Virus record (IMG/VR): IMGVR_UViG_3300031839_001517
Length of the DNA stretch: 64,000 bases
Reading direction: 5' to 3' (one strand)
Origin: an uncultured virus (IMG/VR IMGVR_UViG_3300031839_001517)
Lineage: Duplodnaviria > Heunggongvirae > Uroviricota > Caudoviricetes
Shown here: positions 41,697 through 50,655 of the stretch, in pieces
Position numbering within the stretch: position 1 is the first letter of the stretch
Layout: every line of letters starts with the position of its first letter
The notes under the pieces: model-generated
Databases searched by the model: none
Told to the model about the DNA's origin: nothing
The model's input: only the letters and a program-made list of their open reading frames with translations
Made by a program: the position numbers and the translations under genes

Positions 41697-42529
41697 GAAA
41701 GTTTATCCAAAACAATATCAGTTATCTCATCGCGTTTGGTGTGAAACACCTTAATCAATTCATGCCCCTTTAAAGCGTACCATGGCTCGCTAGCGGCTCC
41801 TACAAGCTTATTGGTGACAACACCCATGTTCATCATTCGAGCCTCTACAATCACCCGTGAAAGCGTCTCTGGGGTTTCTGGTAAAAACACCAATGACTTA
41901 TTTTCACCCATCATTGACAAAAATTCTTTATAGTTTCGACTTTCTATTAATTTGTAGTCGTAACCCTTAACATTGCAGAATCTGATTGCACCTACTGTGT
42001 TCTTGTGTCTAATCTGAGAATTCATTACTGCATATGTGGGCTTCTTATCCACCGTAGCCATCTCGCTCATAAACTTAAGGGAGTCCATATCCCATATGTT
42101 TCCCCCCAAGTTTATTATATTATCTAAATCAGTATTCTTTCGAGCTATCTCGGAGTGAAATGATGACTGACAAAGCACTGCACTAGCATTTTGGTAGAAT
42201 TCTAGATTAATCACATGTTCTTTTGGAGCAACAAAATCCGGAAAGTCTCCCGGATTTCTTGTAGTTAAATACTTGTGATCATGCTCATAGATAATATACT
42301 GTTTATTGTAAAAACTAGGTATAACATTTGCAGGAATATTAACAAAGTTTGCTATGATAAACTTCTTATCTCTATTTTCCTCAACCATCTGGGGTGTTAG
42401 CACATGACTGTTTACTTTAAACACCTCATGGCCACGAGAAGAGAGAATATTGATAAGTTCTTCATTGTTTAGCTCTCCGCCTCCAAGCACTTGCTCAGCA
42501 AAAAAATCTGCTATAAATACAATGCTCAT
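41693..42529 (-). CDS. GT4-like glycosyltransferase
   Basis: GGGELN, ETLSRVIVEA (E-x7-E). Confidence 0.75.
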   Translation of the reverse strand: MSIVFIADFFAEQVLGGGELNNEELINILSSRGHEVFKVNSHVLTPQMVEENRDKKFIIANFVNIPANVIPSFYNKQYIIYEHDHKYLTTRNPGDFPDFVAPKEHVINLEFYQNASAVLCQSSFHSEIARKNTDLDNIINLGGNIWDMDSLKFMSEMATVDKKPTYAVMNSQIRHKNTVGAIRFCNVKGYDYKLIESRNYKEFLSMMGENKSLVFLPETPETLSRVIVEARMMNMGVVTNKLVGAASEPWYALKGHELIKVFHTKRDEITDIVLDKLS

Positions 42530-43800
42530 TCGACTTCTTCAATATCCAAATCATCGAGCCAAGATTCTACATCAAAACCATCTTCAACATCCATCGCATC
42601 AACAAATTGCTTATACATCTTCTCTTCGCTAAATCTATCAATAAGCTTAGATGCATATTCACAATTTCTTTCTGTATTACCGGCCTTAGCATCATTAATA
42701 CATTCTCTCATCTTTGTCTTCGCTGACTGCGGCCGTGGGTATGCCCACATTGAATCCTTTAAGATTACTCCATCCCATACAGATTCTTCACCTACTGGGT
42801 TGAGATCAAAAGATACAGCATAGAAGTTCTCTTTACCGTTTTCATCGCAGAGGAAATCAAGCTGTCCAGACCATGCAGTCGCAACTACTGGCACTCCTGT
42901 ATAAGCTGCCTCAAACAGAGGCAAACCAAAACCTTCTCCATGAGTGAGAGACAAAGCAGCAGTAACCTTCTCGTTAACGTACAACTCGTGCATTTCTCTA
43001 TCGGTTAAATCGCCATGAAGCAAGTAGACCTTACATTTTTTATCTGGGTACTGTGAGATTATACCTCTGAGTCTGCCTTCACACGTCTCACGATCAACAA
43101 GACAATTCTTGGCCACATTAGTCTTAACAATGAGGCCAACGTCGTCATCATCATGGAATTCTTCAATAAACCAATTGATAGTATTAATTAAATTCTTTCT
43201 CGGACCAAACTGAGCTACACATGCAAAGTTAAACTGCGTTGTGAGATTCATTTCAAGTGGCTCTAAATTTTCATATGTCTTCACGGGGTAGTTGACCGCA
43301 TGCATCTCGGTAGTAGTCTCGAGCTGTGTTGGGGTGCGGGTTACTTCTTGTGTTACAGGATCTACATTTTCTATATATCCATCATACTTTGTGTTCTCAA
43401 AAACATTCTTAGAATGATTTGATACTAAAATAACTTTGGACATCTCATTTGCTTTCTGAATCCACTCCGGTGCGCACTTAGTTGTCTCGATGCCGGCGGT
43501 ATACCCAATATTAGTGGCAGCCATGACTTCCCACTCGTTAGGGATTGTAACCTGAACTGATATATCGAAAATACCACCGTTCTGGATGTAACTGATTGTT
43601 TTTTCAATCTTCTGGTCGATCCAGTGACGTTCTTCACTAGTCTCGCACAGCCATCCAGTTTGTCCCCACTGCAATGGGTGAATATAAATATCAAATAAAT
43701 CCTCCCGGCTGCGTAGTGATCTTAGAGCAAATCTAGCTTGCTCTCCGTATCCCGAGCGAGTAAGCACTGGGCCTCTCAATAAAACTGTTTTCTTTCTCAC
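42526..43800 (-). CDS. GT4 glycosyltransferase
   Basis: RSGYG, RKN, GEGFGLPLFEA, TAWSGQLDF. Confidence 0.9.
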   Translation of the reverse strand: MRKKTVLLRGPVLTRSGYGEQARFALRSLRSREDLFDIYIHPLQWGQTGWLCETSEERHWIDQKIEKTISYIQNGGIFDISVQVTIPNEWEVMAATNIGYTAGIETTKCAPEWIQKANEMSKVILVSNHSKNVFENTKYDGYIENVDPVTQEVTRTPTQLETTTEMHAVNYPVKTYENLEPLEMNLTTQFNFACVAQFGPRKNLINTINWFIEEFHDDDDVGLIVKTNVAKNCLVDRETCEGRLRGIISQYPDKKCKVYLLHGDLTDREMHELYVNEKVTAALSLTHGEGFGLPLFEAAYTGVPVVATAWSGQLDFLCDENGKENFYAVSFDLNPVGEESVWDGVILKDSMWAYPRPQSAKTKMRECINDAKAGNTERNCEYASKLIDRFSEEKMYKQFVDAMDVEDGFDVESWLDDLDIEEVE

Positions 43801-45080
43801 GCTACCTCCATTAAATACCAGCGTTTATGGTTCACTCTGTTGTCCCATGAACCGTGTTTTTCTACTATATTGTCTATCAGGTCAATCCATGATTTTTCAT
43901 ATGTTTCAAAATTATAATTTGTGTCCACATGGTTGAGCGACATTTCACTAAGCTTCTTATATTTAGGACCTGACAGGTTGAGTGCCTTCTTCAAGGTTTT
44001 TGTAAAGTCTTCTTGTGATATTCTATCCTCATAAATGTAAGGAACTTGAAGTGAGCCGATGACTGCTTTTGAAGCAGGCTGAATTCCCCACCCAAACCAG
44101 TTTTTGCCATCGGTCACCTGTTCTTGAAGACCGCCTGTCATGTTAACGATGATTGGGGTGCCGCAAGACAGCGACTCCAACGTCGAGAGACCAAACCCTT
44201 CCGCATCGCTAATACCAATTGTGTAATCAGCAGCCTGATACATTCTCGATAGCGCCTCTGGGGGTATTTTGTTACTAGATATTAGAATCTGACCATCAGT
44301 GCAGCCAAGGGTTTCAATCAGGTGTGGTAAATCTTGACCGTGAGGATCTCTTGGATCTGTGTGCATCAACAACGACGCCTTGTCGTGACCTACTTCGTCG
44401 AGAAATTCCTTAAACCACCAAATTAAAGAACCGCTTAGCTTTCGGCGTGCGTTACGACTATTCCAAAAGAAAATCTTCTTATTTGGATTTCGGTAATTTG
44501 TGCTGGAATTAATAATTTGGTCTCTTACTTCTTTCGCGGCTGCTTTGTCTTCGGGTGAAGTCGCCGGCTTAAAGACCGTCGGGTTCACAGCATGTGGCAG
44601 ATAACATGAGTCAACATTTGGAGCCACCTCTTTCACGCACTCATGGGTAACCTTTGAAATACAGGCTACAAAGTCACAAGAGCGGTACCACCTAGCATTG
44701 AACTTAGGAGCAGGGAAATTGTCCCAGACGTGATAATAAATCATAGGCACGTTCGCACGTACTTCGTTTTCAATCTCCCATAACCACTCATAAAATCGCG
44801 GGTCAGTCATAAACCAGAGTACATCTGGGCGCTCCTTCTGGAGAATGGAGCGTATAACTTCGTGATTGCCATAACCGTCGACGGGAAAAATTGTCCAATC
44901 ATCCCCCCATGGGTCTACTCTTACTGGGTTATAGTCATTATGTTTCATAGCCCCACCTAAACAAATAAACCGGTATCGGCCGGTTTTGAGAAGAGCTTCG
45001 ATCATATATCTAGTTTGCGTGCCAACGCCCGAAGGTGAAAGCGGATGGTCTGATAAGACCAAAATAGTTTTCTTTTTCAT
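43797..45080 (-). CDS. GT4 glycosyltransferase
   Basis: PSGVG, RNARRK, AEGFGLSTLESLSCGTPII, TGGLQEQ. Confidence 0.9.
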   Translation of the reverse strand: MKKKTILVLSDHPLSPSGVGTQTRYMIEALLKTGRYRFICLGGAMKHNDYNPVRVDPWGDDWTIFPVDGYGNHEVIRSILQKERPDVLWFMTDPRFYEWLWEIENEVRANVPMIYYHVWDNFPAPKFNARWYRSCDFVACISKVTHECVKEVAPNVDSCYLPHAVNPTVFKPATSPEDKAAAKEVRDQIINSSTNYRNPNKKIFFWNSRNARRKLSGSLIWWFKEFLDEVGHDKASLLMHTDPRDPHGQDLPHLIETLGCTDGQILISSNKIPPEALSRMYQAADYTIGISDAEGFGLSTLESLSCGTPIIVNMTGGLQEQVTDGKNWFGWGIQPASKAVIGSLQVPYIYEDRISQEDFTKTLKKALNLSGPKYKKLSEMSLNHVDTNYNFETYEKSWIDLIDNIVEKHGSWDNRVNHKRWYLMEVA

Positions 45081-45087
45081 TTATTCC

Positions 45088-45849
45088 TCATGGACAGTGT
45101 TCTGTCTTGTAAAATTTACAACCGTAACCACCAGTACACGAAAGTCTGTTCTTGATGTAACGCTTGTTTTTAATATTGTATATCGCGGTGTTCAAAAGTT
45201 TAAGAGCATTTTCAGTTTTTCTTTGACCACTGGTTACTCTGAAAAATTCTACATGATTGCTTTTAGCTGTTCTTTTAAGTAAAGCAAAGTGAGTTTCTAC
45301 GTTTTTCGGATCAATATCCATCTTCTGGCAGAAGAAGTGCTTGTAAAGAGTTAGCTGATATGTAACCATCTTATCGGAGCGGCGCTTAGCATCCCAGCCC
45401 CATGAGCAGGTTTTCCAATCAAAAATGTGAACCTTGCCATCAGGGGTTGCTACCACCGCATCGATGTAGCCTTTAAACTTGCGATCTTCGCCTTCGATAT
45501 TTTCATAAAGAGGCAGCTCGACAGCTAAAACCTCGTACTCCTCAAAGTATTCAGACAGGGCATTATCAATCTCGGGAATAATATTGTTTCCCTGCTTCGT
45601 CATCTGGTCGACTGTCTTGTCGGGTATCGGACTTTCAAGTTCAGATATATTCTTTTTCAGTTCTTGAACAAAAAAATCTTCATCAATCTCTTCTTGCAGC
45701 AATTTCTTCTCGCAAACTGAGTGGATGGCAGAGCCGAATGCGGTGTACTCGTTTCCTTTGAATCCGTCGATACCATCAACACGTGTTAACTTGTGGTAAT
45801 GGGCGCAGAACTTCCAATCTTTAAGTTCAGAATACGATATATGTGACAT
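45088..45849 (-). CDS. PD-(D/E)XK nuclease (RecB/Cas4-like phage exonuclease)
   Basis: ISYS, FGSAIH, E..FKGYID, IFDWKT, QLTLY, terminal Cys cluster. Confidence 0.85.
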   Translation of the reverse strand: MSHISYSELKDWKFCAHYHKLTRVDGIDGFKGNEYTAFGSAIHSVCEKKLLQEEIDEDFFVQELKKNISELESPIPDKTVDQMTKQGNNIIPEIDNALSEYFEEYEVLAVELPLYENIEGEDRKFKGYIDAVVATPDGKVHIFDWKTCSWGWDAKRRSDKMVTYQLTLYKHFFCQKMDIDPKNVETHFALLKRTAKSNHVEFFRVTSGQRKTENALKLLNTAIYNIKNKRYIKNRLSCTGGYGCKFYKTEHCP

Positions 45850-45867
45850 TTGTAACCTCAGATATAT

Positions 45868-45896
45868 AATATATCCTATTTGAGATCAATAGTCAA
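45868..45896 (-). promoter_or_regulatory. Sigma70-type promoter
   Basis: TTGACT-17 nt-TATATT upstream of the nuclease and the glycosylation island. Confidence 0.6.
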
Positions 45897-46578
45897 GTTG
45901 TTTTGTGTCTTGGAGCATTTTTATTTTTTCATACACAGCAGGGGACACTTTCTGTAAGAAGTCGTGGTTCGAGTCCAAGTAGTACTCAGTAAATGCCGTT
46001 GCAAAGTATTCTCTTAAAGAAGTAGCAGCGTAAGGGCTAACAAAAATTCCAGACATTAATGAAGCTAGTTTATCGTATCCAACTTTTTGGTGAAGAAAGA
46101 CGTCAAACTCTTCATTGAACTCTATATCTTGAAAAAATGACATGGGTGCCTTGAAGCCGGCTTTCCATAAGATATCATGCAGATATCTTCTTTTCCTTAA
46201 AAACTCTTTTTTTATCTTCTCATCTGCGTAAATCTGGTAACCATACGCCTCTTCGAGCGAGTGTGAGATTTCGTGAATCAAATCGTCAAATAGATCTTCT
46301 TCATCATCTTGTAAGTATGATACATATATGGCGTTATCATTATAAAATGCATTTATGGAGCGTTCTTCAAACTCTTTGAACCATCCAAATACTATCATTT
46401 CAATTTCTGCCAACATGTGGGGTGCTAGCAACGATTCTAATTTATTTATTACTTTCTCAACATCAATATTTTCAACTGGATGTTGGAAATACACATGTAT
46501 TCCAGTTGGCGTATAAAAATCCATTTGTTTTTCATTCAGCCGTAACTGTTTCTCTTTCAGATAATTCATCAGCATCAT
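45886..46578 (-). CDS. Putative zincin-type metallopeptidase
   Basis: IHEISH plus downstream YAATSLREYFA. Confidence 0.6.
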   Translation of the reverse strand: MMLMNYLKEKQLRLNEKQMDFYTPTGIHVYFQHPVENIDVEKVINKLESLLAPHMLAEIEMIVFGWFKEFEERSINAFYNDNAIYVSYLQDDEEDLFDDLIHEISHSLEEAYGYQIYADEKIKKEFLRKRRYLHDILWKAGFKAPMSFFQDIEFNEEFDVFLHQKVGYDKLASLMSGIFVSPYAATSLREYFATAFTEYYLDSNHDFLQKVSPAVYEKIKMLQDTKQLDY

Positions 46579-46831
46579 TTAGTCCTTGTTTGTAGCCTAA
46601 AAGAAAATTCTCCTCAGCCACCGTAAGCACGAACTCTGGAAACTCAGTAGCCATAACCTCAGTAATCATTTCTACAGTTACACTTTCTTCGTCTAATTTG
46701 GTTCCTACATACTCAACTAAATAGTCTTTAAGCTCAGAGTCTTTCTCTACAACCATAGATAAAAGAGGACTCGTGTTAACTTCGGCTTCGTTTGTTAAAG
46801 TTGCCTCAGTTTTGGATTGTTCTTGTGACAT
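46532..46831 (-). CDS. Hypothetical acidic protein
   Basis: 99 aa, AAGGAG SD, preceded by a promoter. Confidence 0.7.
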   Translation of the reverse strand: MSQEQSKTEATLTNEAEVNTSPLLSMVVEKDSELKDYLVEYVGTKLDEESVTVEMITEVMATEFPEFVLTVAEENFLLGYKQGLNDADELSERETVTAE

Positions 46832-46849
46832 GTTATTCTCCTTTCACAT

Positions 46850-46878
46850 AATATAACATATTAATATTTTATTTGCAA
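46850..46878 (-). promoter_or_regulatory. Sigma70-type promoter with extended -10
   Basis: TTGCAA-17 nt-TATATT with TG at the extended -10 position. Confidence 0.55.
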
Positions 46879-46888
46879 CTTGTGCAGC

Positions 46889-48226
46889 TTATAAAACCTT
46901 AGAAGCCAATGTGGCTAACTCAGAGCGCTCGCCTTTCCTAAACGTGACGTGGCCTGATATTCTGTATTCTTTGAACTTTTCAATCGCATGGGCTAATCCA
47001 TTTGACGTTTCATTAACATAAACATTGTCGATTTGTTCAACATCGCCTGTTAAGATTATTTTTGTTCCTTCACCAATTCGTGTGATGATGGTTTTTACTT
47101 CGTGCTTTGTGAGGTTCTGCGCTTCATCAATAATAATAAACGCATTTGCGATGGAACGACCACGAATGTATGTTAAAGCTTCTAATTCAATTTTCCCCTT
47201 TTCCATATACATTTCAAGCGAAGTCCGGTCACCCATCAAAAATTTAAGGTTGTCCTGTATTGGCATCAACCAAGGAAGCATTTTTTCTTCCATAGTACCG
47301 GGCAAAAAGCCTATGTCCTTACCCAAAGGTTGCACTGGGCGCGATACGATTAATCGAGAGTAATGGTTTTCATCAGCGCGCAATCCAATTGTCTGTTGTA
47401 GGCCGGCTGCAATCGCCATCAGAGTTTTACCTGAACCAGCACGACCAACCAGTGACACTATTTTTATCTCAGGGTCCATTAGCATATCAATTGCAAATGC
47501 CTGCTCTTTGTTTCTAGCATCTATATTCCAATCTGGTATATTCTTATGTACAACCTTCTTAAGTGGCTCGTGGTAACCTTTGAAACAAGCTAATGCTGAT
47601 TTTTTATCATTCTCATTTGATACCAACATCACATATTGATTAGGGTGCCACACCTCGTCAAGCTCGTCTTCATCGATGAAAACGTCTTCACCAGCGTAGT
47701 AGCGATCAACAACTTGATCATCAACCGGCTGAACAACAAACCCATTGTAAAGCTCCTCAGAAGATCTGACGGCTTTTTCAGAAACATAATCTTCCGCATC
47801 CAAACCAATAGAATCACATATTACTCGCATGTTAATATCGCGCGAGACTAAAACAGTTTTTCTTTTTGAATCCTGCATCTGAATTGCCTTTGCGGTAGCA
47901 ATAATGGCATGATCAGGGTGGCGCATATCTAAGTCGGGAGGAAATATAACATCATTCAGCGCTGAGTAAGAAACCACTTTTAGGATTCCCAAGCCCGTAT
48001 CAATTCTCACGCCTTTTTCAAGGTTTCCTTTTGCGCGTAATTCGTCTAGGCTTTTAATGAAAGCACGAGCATTAGCGCCGACAGAGTCTTGTCTTTTCTT
48101 ATGCCCATCGACCTCTTCTAACACTTTAAGTGGCACAAAGATATCATTTTTTTCAAATTTATAAATTGAACTAGCTTCGGTTAGATACACGCTAGTGTCT
48201 AATACATAATTCTTTTTTGTTGGCAT
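46889..48226 (-). CDS. phoH: PhoH-family ATPase with N-terminal PIN domain
   Basis: VLDTSV..EEVD..D PIN residues; GRAGSGKT, IGFLPG, YIRGRS, IIDEAQN, GDVEQID. Confidence 0.93.
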   Translation of the reverse strand: MPTKKNYVLDTSVYLTEASSIYKFEKNDIFVPLKVLEEVDGHKKRQDSVGANARAFIKSLDELRAKGNLEKGVRIDTGLGILKVVSYSALNDVIFPPDLDMRHPDHAIIATAKAIQMQDSKRKTVLVSRDINMRVICDSIGLDAEDYVSEKAVRSSEELYNGFVVQPVDDQVVDRYYAGEDVFIDEDELDEVWHPNQYVMLVSNENDKKSALACFKGYHEPLKKVVHKNIPDWNIDARNKEQAFAIDMLMDPEIKIVSLVGRAGSGKTLMAIAAGLQQTIGLRADENHYSRLIVSRPVQPLGKDIGFLPGTMEEKMLPWLMPIQDNLKFLMGDRTSLEMYMEKGKIELEALTYIRGRSIANAFIIIDEAQNLTKHEVKTIITRIGEGTKIILTGDVEQIDNVYVNETSNGLAHAIEKFKEYRISGHVTFRKGERSELATLASKVL

Positions 48227-48244
48227 AACTACCTTCTCCTATAA

Positions 48245-48502
48245 CTAGTCGCATATCTTTAATATATGATCATCGAACACCCATACTTTTGGTTTTTCCC
48301 CTTTTTTATATGGTACACCACAAGAGCGCAATTTGTTAACCTCTCTTGCATCTTCGATGATTGCATCCCACCCATCTACACCAATTTTGTGTTGGGATTG
48401 AGATACTTTATATCGTCTAATTAGTTTAACACAAACATCTGGACCTGCGAAAGACTTAACCAAAACCTTATTGTTCTTGATATAATTTTTCTTCGACTTC
48501 AT
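48245..48502 (-). CDS. Hypothetical protein
   Basis: 85-aa ORF. Confidence 0.6.
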   Translation of the reverse strand: MKSKKNYIKNNKVLVKSFAGPDVCVKLIRRYKVSQSQHKIGVDGWDAIIEDAREVNKLRSCGVPYKKGEKPKVWVFDDHILKICD

Positions 48503-48645
48503 GAATCTTGTCTATGGTTTTTATAGCTGAATCAGGTATGAACAACACTTTTAAACAAAAAAATGCTGCTAAAAACATACTCATAGCCAATATAGCTAAT
48601 TCCGCCACTGTTTCCACATTAGTAACTATGGCTTAAAATAAAAAA

Positions 48646-48722
48646 TGGCTGGGGCAGTAGGACTTGAACCTACAACGGTCGGGGTAACAACCCGGTGTGT
48701 CTACCTGTGACACCTCACCCCA
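48646..48722 (-). tRNA. tRNA-Asn(GTT), CCA encoded, non-canonical D arm
   Basis: TGGGGTG-AG-GTGTC ACAGGTA GACAC-A-CCGGG TTGTTAC CCCGA-CCGTT-GTAGG TTCAAGT CCTAC-TGCCCCA G CCA; G discriminator. Confidence 0.85.
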
Positions 48723-48724
48723 AT

Positions 48725-48822
48725 AACGACTTTTCTGCATATGACTAGGTAAGTCGCCAACCTCTGCCTACGTTTGGGTCGGGCAGCCCCCTTCCGCTTA
48801 TAAGGCGAGCAGAACAGCGCAG
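48725..48822 (-). ncRNA. Putative structured RNA of unknown class upstream of tRNA-Asn
   Basis: GC-rich intergenic stretch with nested stems TTCTGC/GCAGAA, CGC/GCG, CTGCC/GGCAG and GACT/AGTC. Confidence 0.4.
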
Positions 48823-48825
48823 GGT

Positions 48826-49305
48826 TTATGCATCAAATGATAATGTTCCGTTTTCTGTTTCTACTGAAACCGTCCAGCCTGAAATGCCATACGGATCAAC
48901 TTCTACAAAATTAGCAACCGGAACTTCAACTTGTGCAGTAAGAGTGCAAAAGCCGCGCTTGTGATCGTACTTCTCGGTTGAATACTCAATTAAATCTACA
49001 TCGTAAAAATTCTCTGACAGCGTTTCGGCCAAATACTCTGCAAAGCTATCTGAACCACGTTCGTAATCATCCAGATAATCTTCGCCGCGCAGATGCTCAA
49101 TAATGTTTCCGCTCCATCGACTACGAGCATCCAACTTGGTCTGTGCAATTAGTGATGCAAACTCATTGATTACATCTGTTTCATTCATCGCATCTTCAAC
49201 CTCAGTCTCATTATGAACAAACACATCGGTTCCCTCTTCGTAAGTAAGAGTTACCATCGCCTCATCATCCAAGTTTAATGATTGTAGTTTCTTAACAATT
49301 GACAT
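48826..49305 (-). CDS. Hypothetical acidic protein
   Basis: 159 aa, AAGGAG SD. Confidence 0.7.
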   Translation of the reverse strand: MSIVKKLQSLNLDDEAMVTLTYEEGTDVFVHNETEVEDAMNETDVINEFASLIAQTKLDARSRWSGNIIEHLRGEDYLDDYERGSDSFAEYLAETLSENFYDVDLIEYSTEKYDHKRGFCTLTAQVEVPVANFVEVDPYGISGWTVSVETENGTLSFDA

Positions 49306-49329
49306 TTTTTCTCCTTTATAAACGTTATA

Positions 49330-49590
49330 TTATTTTTTATCAATCCAGACAACAATAGTTGTGTCTTTATCTCTACTTCTTAGTATAGCACATGCTGGAT
49401 CTTTGTCAAACGAAGTGGGCAAAATACATGATATTTTTATTTTGGCTGCAATCAACTCTTTGTTTCCGCTTACCCACGGCAATGTCTCATATGTACAGCC
49501 TTTTCTAATCAACATTTTTGTACTGGTGGGGTAATAAAAGTTTTTGTGGCCCACCTCTGACATGTAACAAGATATTATTTCAGTTTTCAT
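49330..49590 (-). CDS. Hypothetical protein
   Basis: ATG 49590 (MKTEII) after GGGAG SD and an ACTATTTA motif. Confidence 0.6.
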   Translation of the reverse strand: MKTEIISCYMSEVGHKNFYYPTSTKMLIRKGCTYETLPWVSGNKELIAAKIKISCILPTSFDKDPACAILRSRDKDTTIVVWIDKK

Positions 49591-50110
49591 GATTCTCCCA
49601 TAAATAGTCTTTCCAAAGGTCACTTACTTGTTTTTTACCTATGGTTCTCAGAACATTAGATTTCGGCCTCACAGGCTCTCTAAGGAGTCTCATGTTAGCT
49701 TCTTGGGGAGTCCTATCACCCTTTTTTTGATTACATTTTTTACATGCTGTTACTAGATTTTGCCATGTGTTTTTACCTCCTTTTGAGCGAGGTAAAACGT
49801 GATCTATCGTCAGGATTTTGCTTTCATCTTCTTTTGAACAGTATTGACATCTGTTCTGATCTCTCCAAATTACATTTGCTCGATTTGGAGTCATCGTATG
49901 AAAATGAAATCTAACATAACGAGTCAATACAATAACTGCCGGCAACTTGAATGATTCAGAAACCGACTTTATTTCTTGTTTATAACTCTCGATAGCATAT
50001 GCCTTCCCTATCAAACAAAGAACCAGTGCTTCAACAGCATCAACAATTTCTAATGGCCGATACGAAGAATCTAATTTTAAAGTTTTACTGTTTGCGGTAT
50101 CAGGAGACAT
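49580..50110 (-). CDS. HNH endonuclease (McrA-like)
   Basis: RDQNRCQYC, TIDHVLPRSKGG, NLVTACKKCNQKKG; likely start MSPDT at 50110. Confidence 0.9.
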   Translation of the reverse strand: MSPDTANSKTLKLDSSYRPLEIVDAVEALVLCLIGKAYAIESYKQEIKSVSESFKLPAVIVLTRYVRFHFHTMTPNRANVIWRDQNRCQYCSKEDESKILTIDHVLPRSKGGKNTWQNLVTACKKCNQKKGDRTPQEANMRLLREPVRPKSNVLRTIGKKQVSDLWKDYLWENHEN

Positions 50111-50159
50111 ATGCGGAGCACCTATTTTAACTAGTCTCCCTTTGTGATGATGTAACACG

Positions 50160-50639
50160 TTATCTTGTTGAGTGTTTAATTTTCGCTCTTGTTGGCGCTA
50201 CTTCTTCGTTTTTTGTATTTTTTCTAAACCGGTTCACAAGTGTCGAAGATGCATCAGCTTTATAATCACCACCAATTCCCCACAATAGTTCTACACCAAT
50301 CTCCTCACAGACATCTTGCTCTGGGGTGTTAGATTTACCGCGGTCGCCTCCATTCGCAAAATAATAAGGCTGATGTCTTCTAATTGCTTCGCAGACAGTT
50401 CCATCAGTATCATCAACAGAGTCTACCAAGATCACACCTTTGATTGAACTTAAGATTTCCGATCTCTTTCCAAATTCCATGAATACAAAACCTTTCTTTC
50501 GATGCAACCAGTTATCAGAGTTTGCTACGACTATAACATCGCCATATTCTGCTGCTTCACGAATCATTCTGATGTGTCCGACGTGTACCGGATCGAAGCC
50601 TCCGGAGACCATAATTGTTTTTCTTTTTTCATCACTCAT
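50160..50639 (-). CDS. HIGH-family cytidylyl/adenylyltransferase (TagD/RfaE-like)
   Basis: SGGFDPVHVGH, NSD, FANGGDR, SSTLV; start MSDE at 50639. Confidence 0.85.
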   Translation of the reverse strand: MSDEKRKTIMVSGGFDPVHVGHIRMIREAAEYGDVIVVANSDNWLHRKKGFVFMEFGKRSEILSSIKGVILVDSVDDTDGTVCEAIRRHQPYYFANGGDRGKSNTPEQDVCEEIGVELLWGIGGDYKADASSTLVNRFRKNTKNEEVAPTRAKIKHSTR

Positions 50640-50655
50640 ATCTGTATACTCCTTG

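Noticed and set aside
25513..45080. Bacterial O-antigen/capsule locus or chromosomal origin
   Set aside because: No wzx/wzy/wzz/priming GT; contiguous and co-oriented with baseplate and phage sigma genes; similar composition and the same GCCGGC/GGCGCC signature
45088..45849. CRISPR-Cas system (Cas4)
   Set aside because: No repeat-spacer array or other cas genes seen; solo Cas4/RecB-like nucleases are common in phages
49315..49343. Sigma70 promoter TTGATA-17-TATAAA
   Set aside because: The -10 overlaps the SD of the next gene and the region is very AT-rich, so a chance match is plausible
49580..50110. Intron-encoded homing endonuclease
   Set aside because: Free-standing McrA-like HNH; neighbouring genes are not interrupted and no intron core structure is evident
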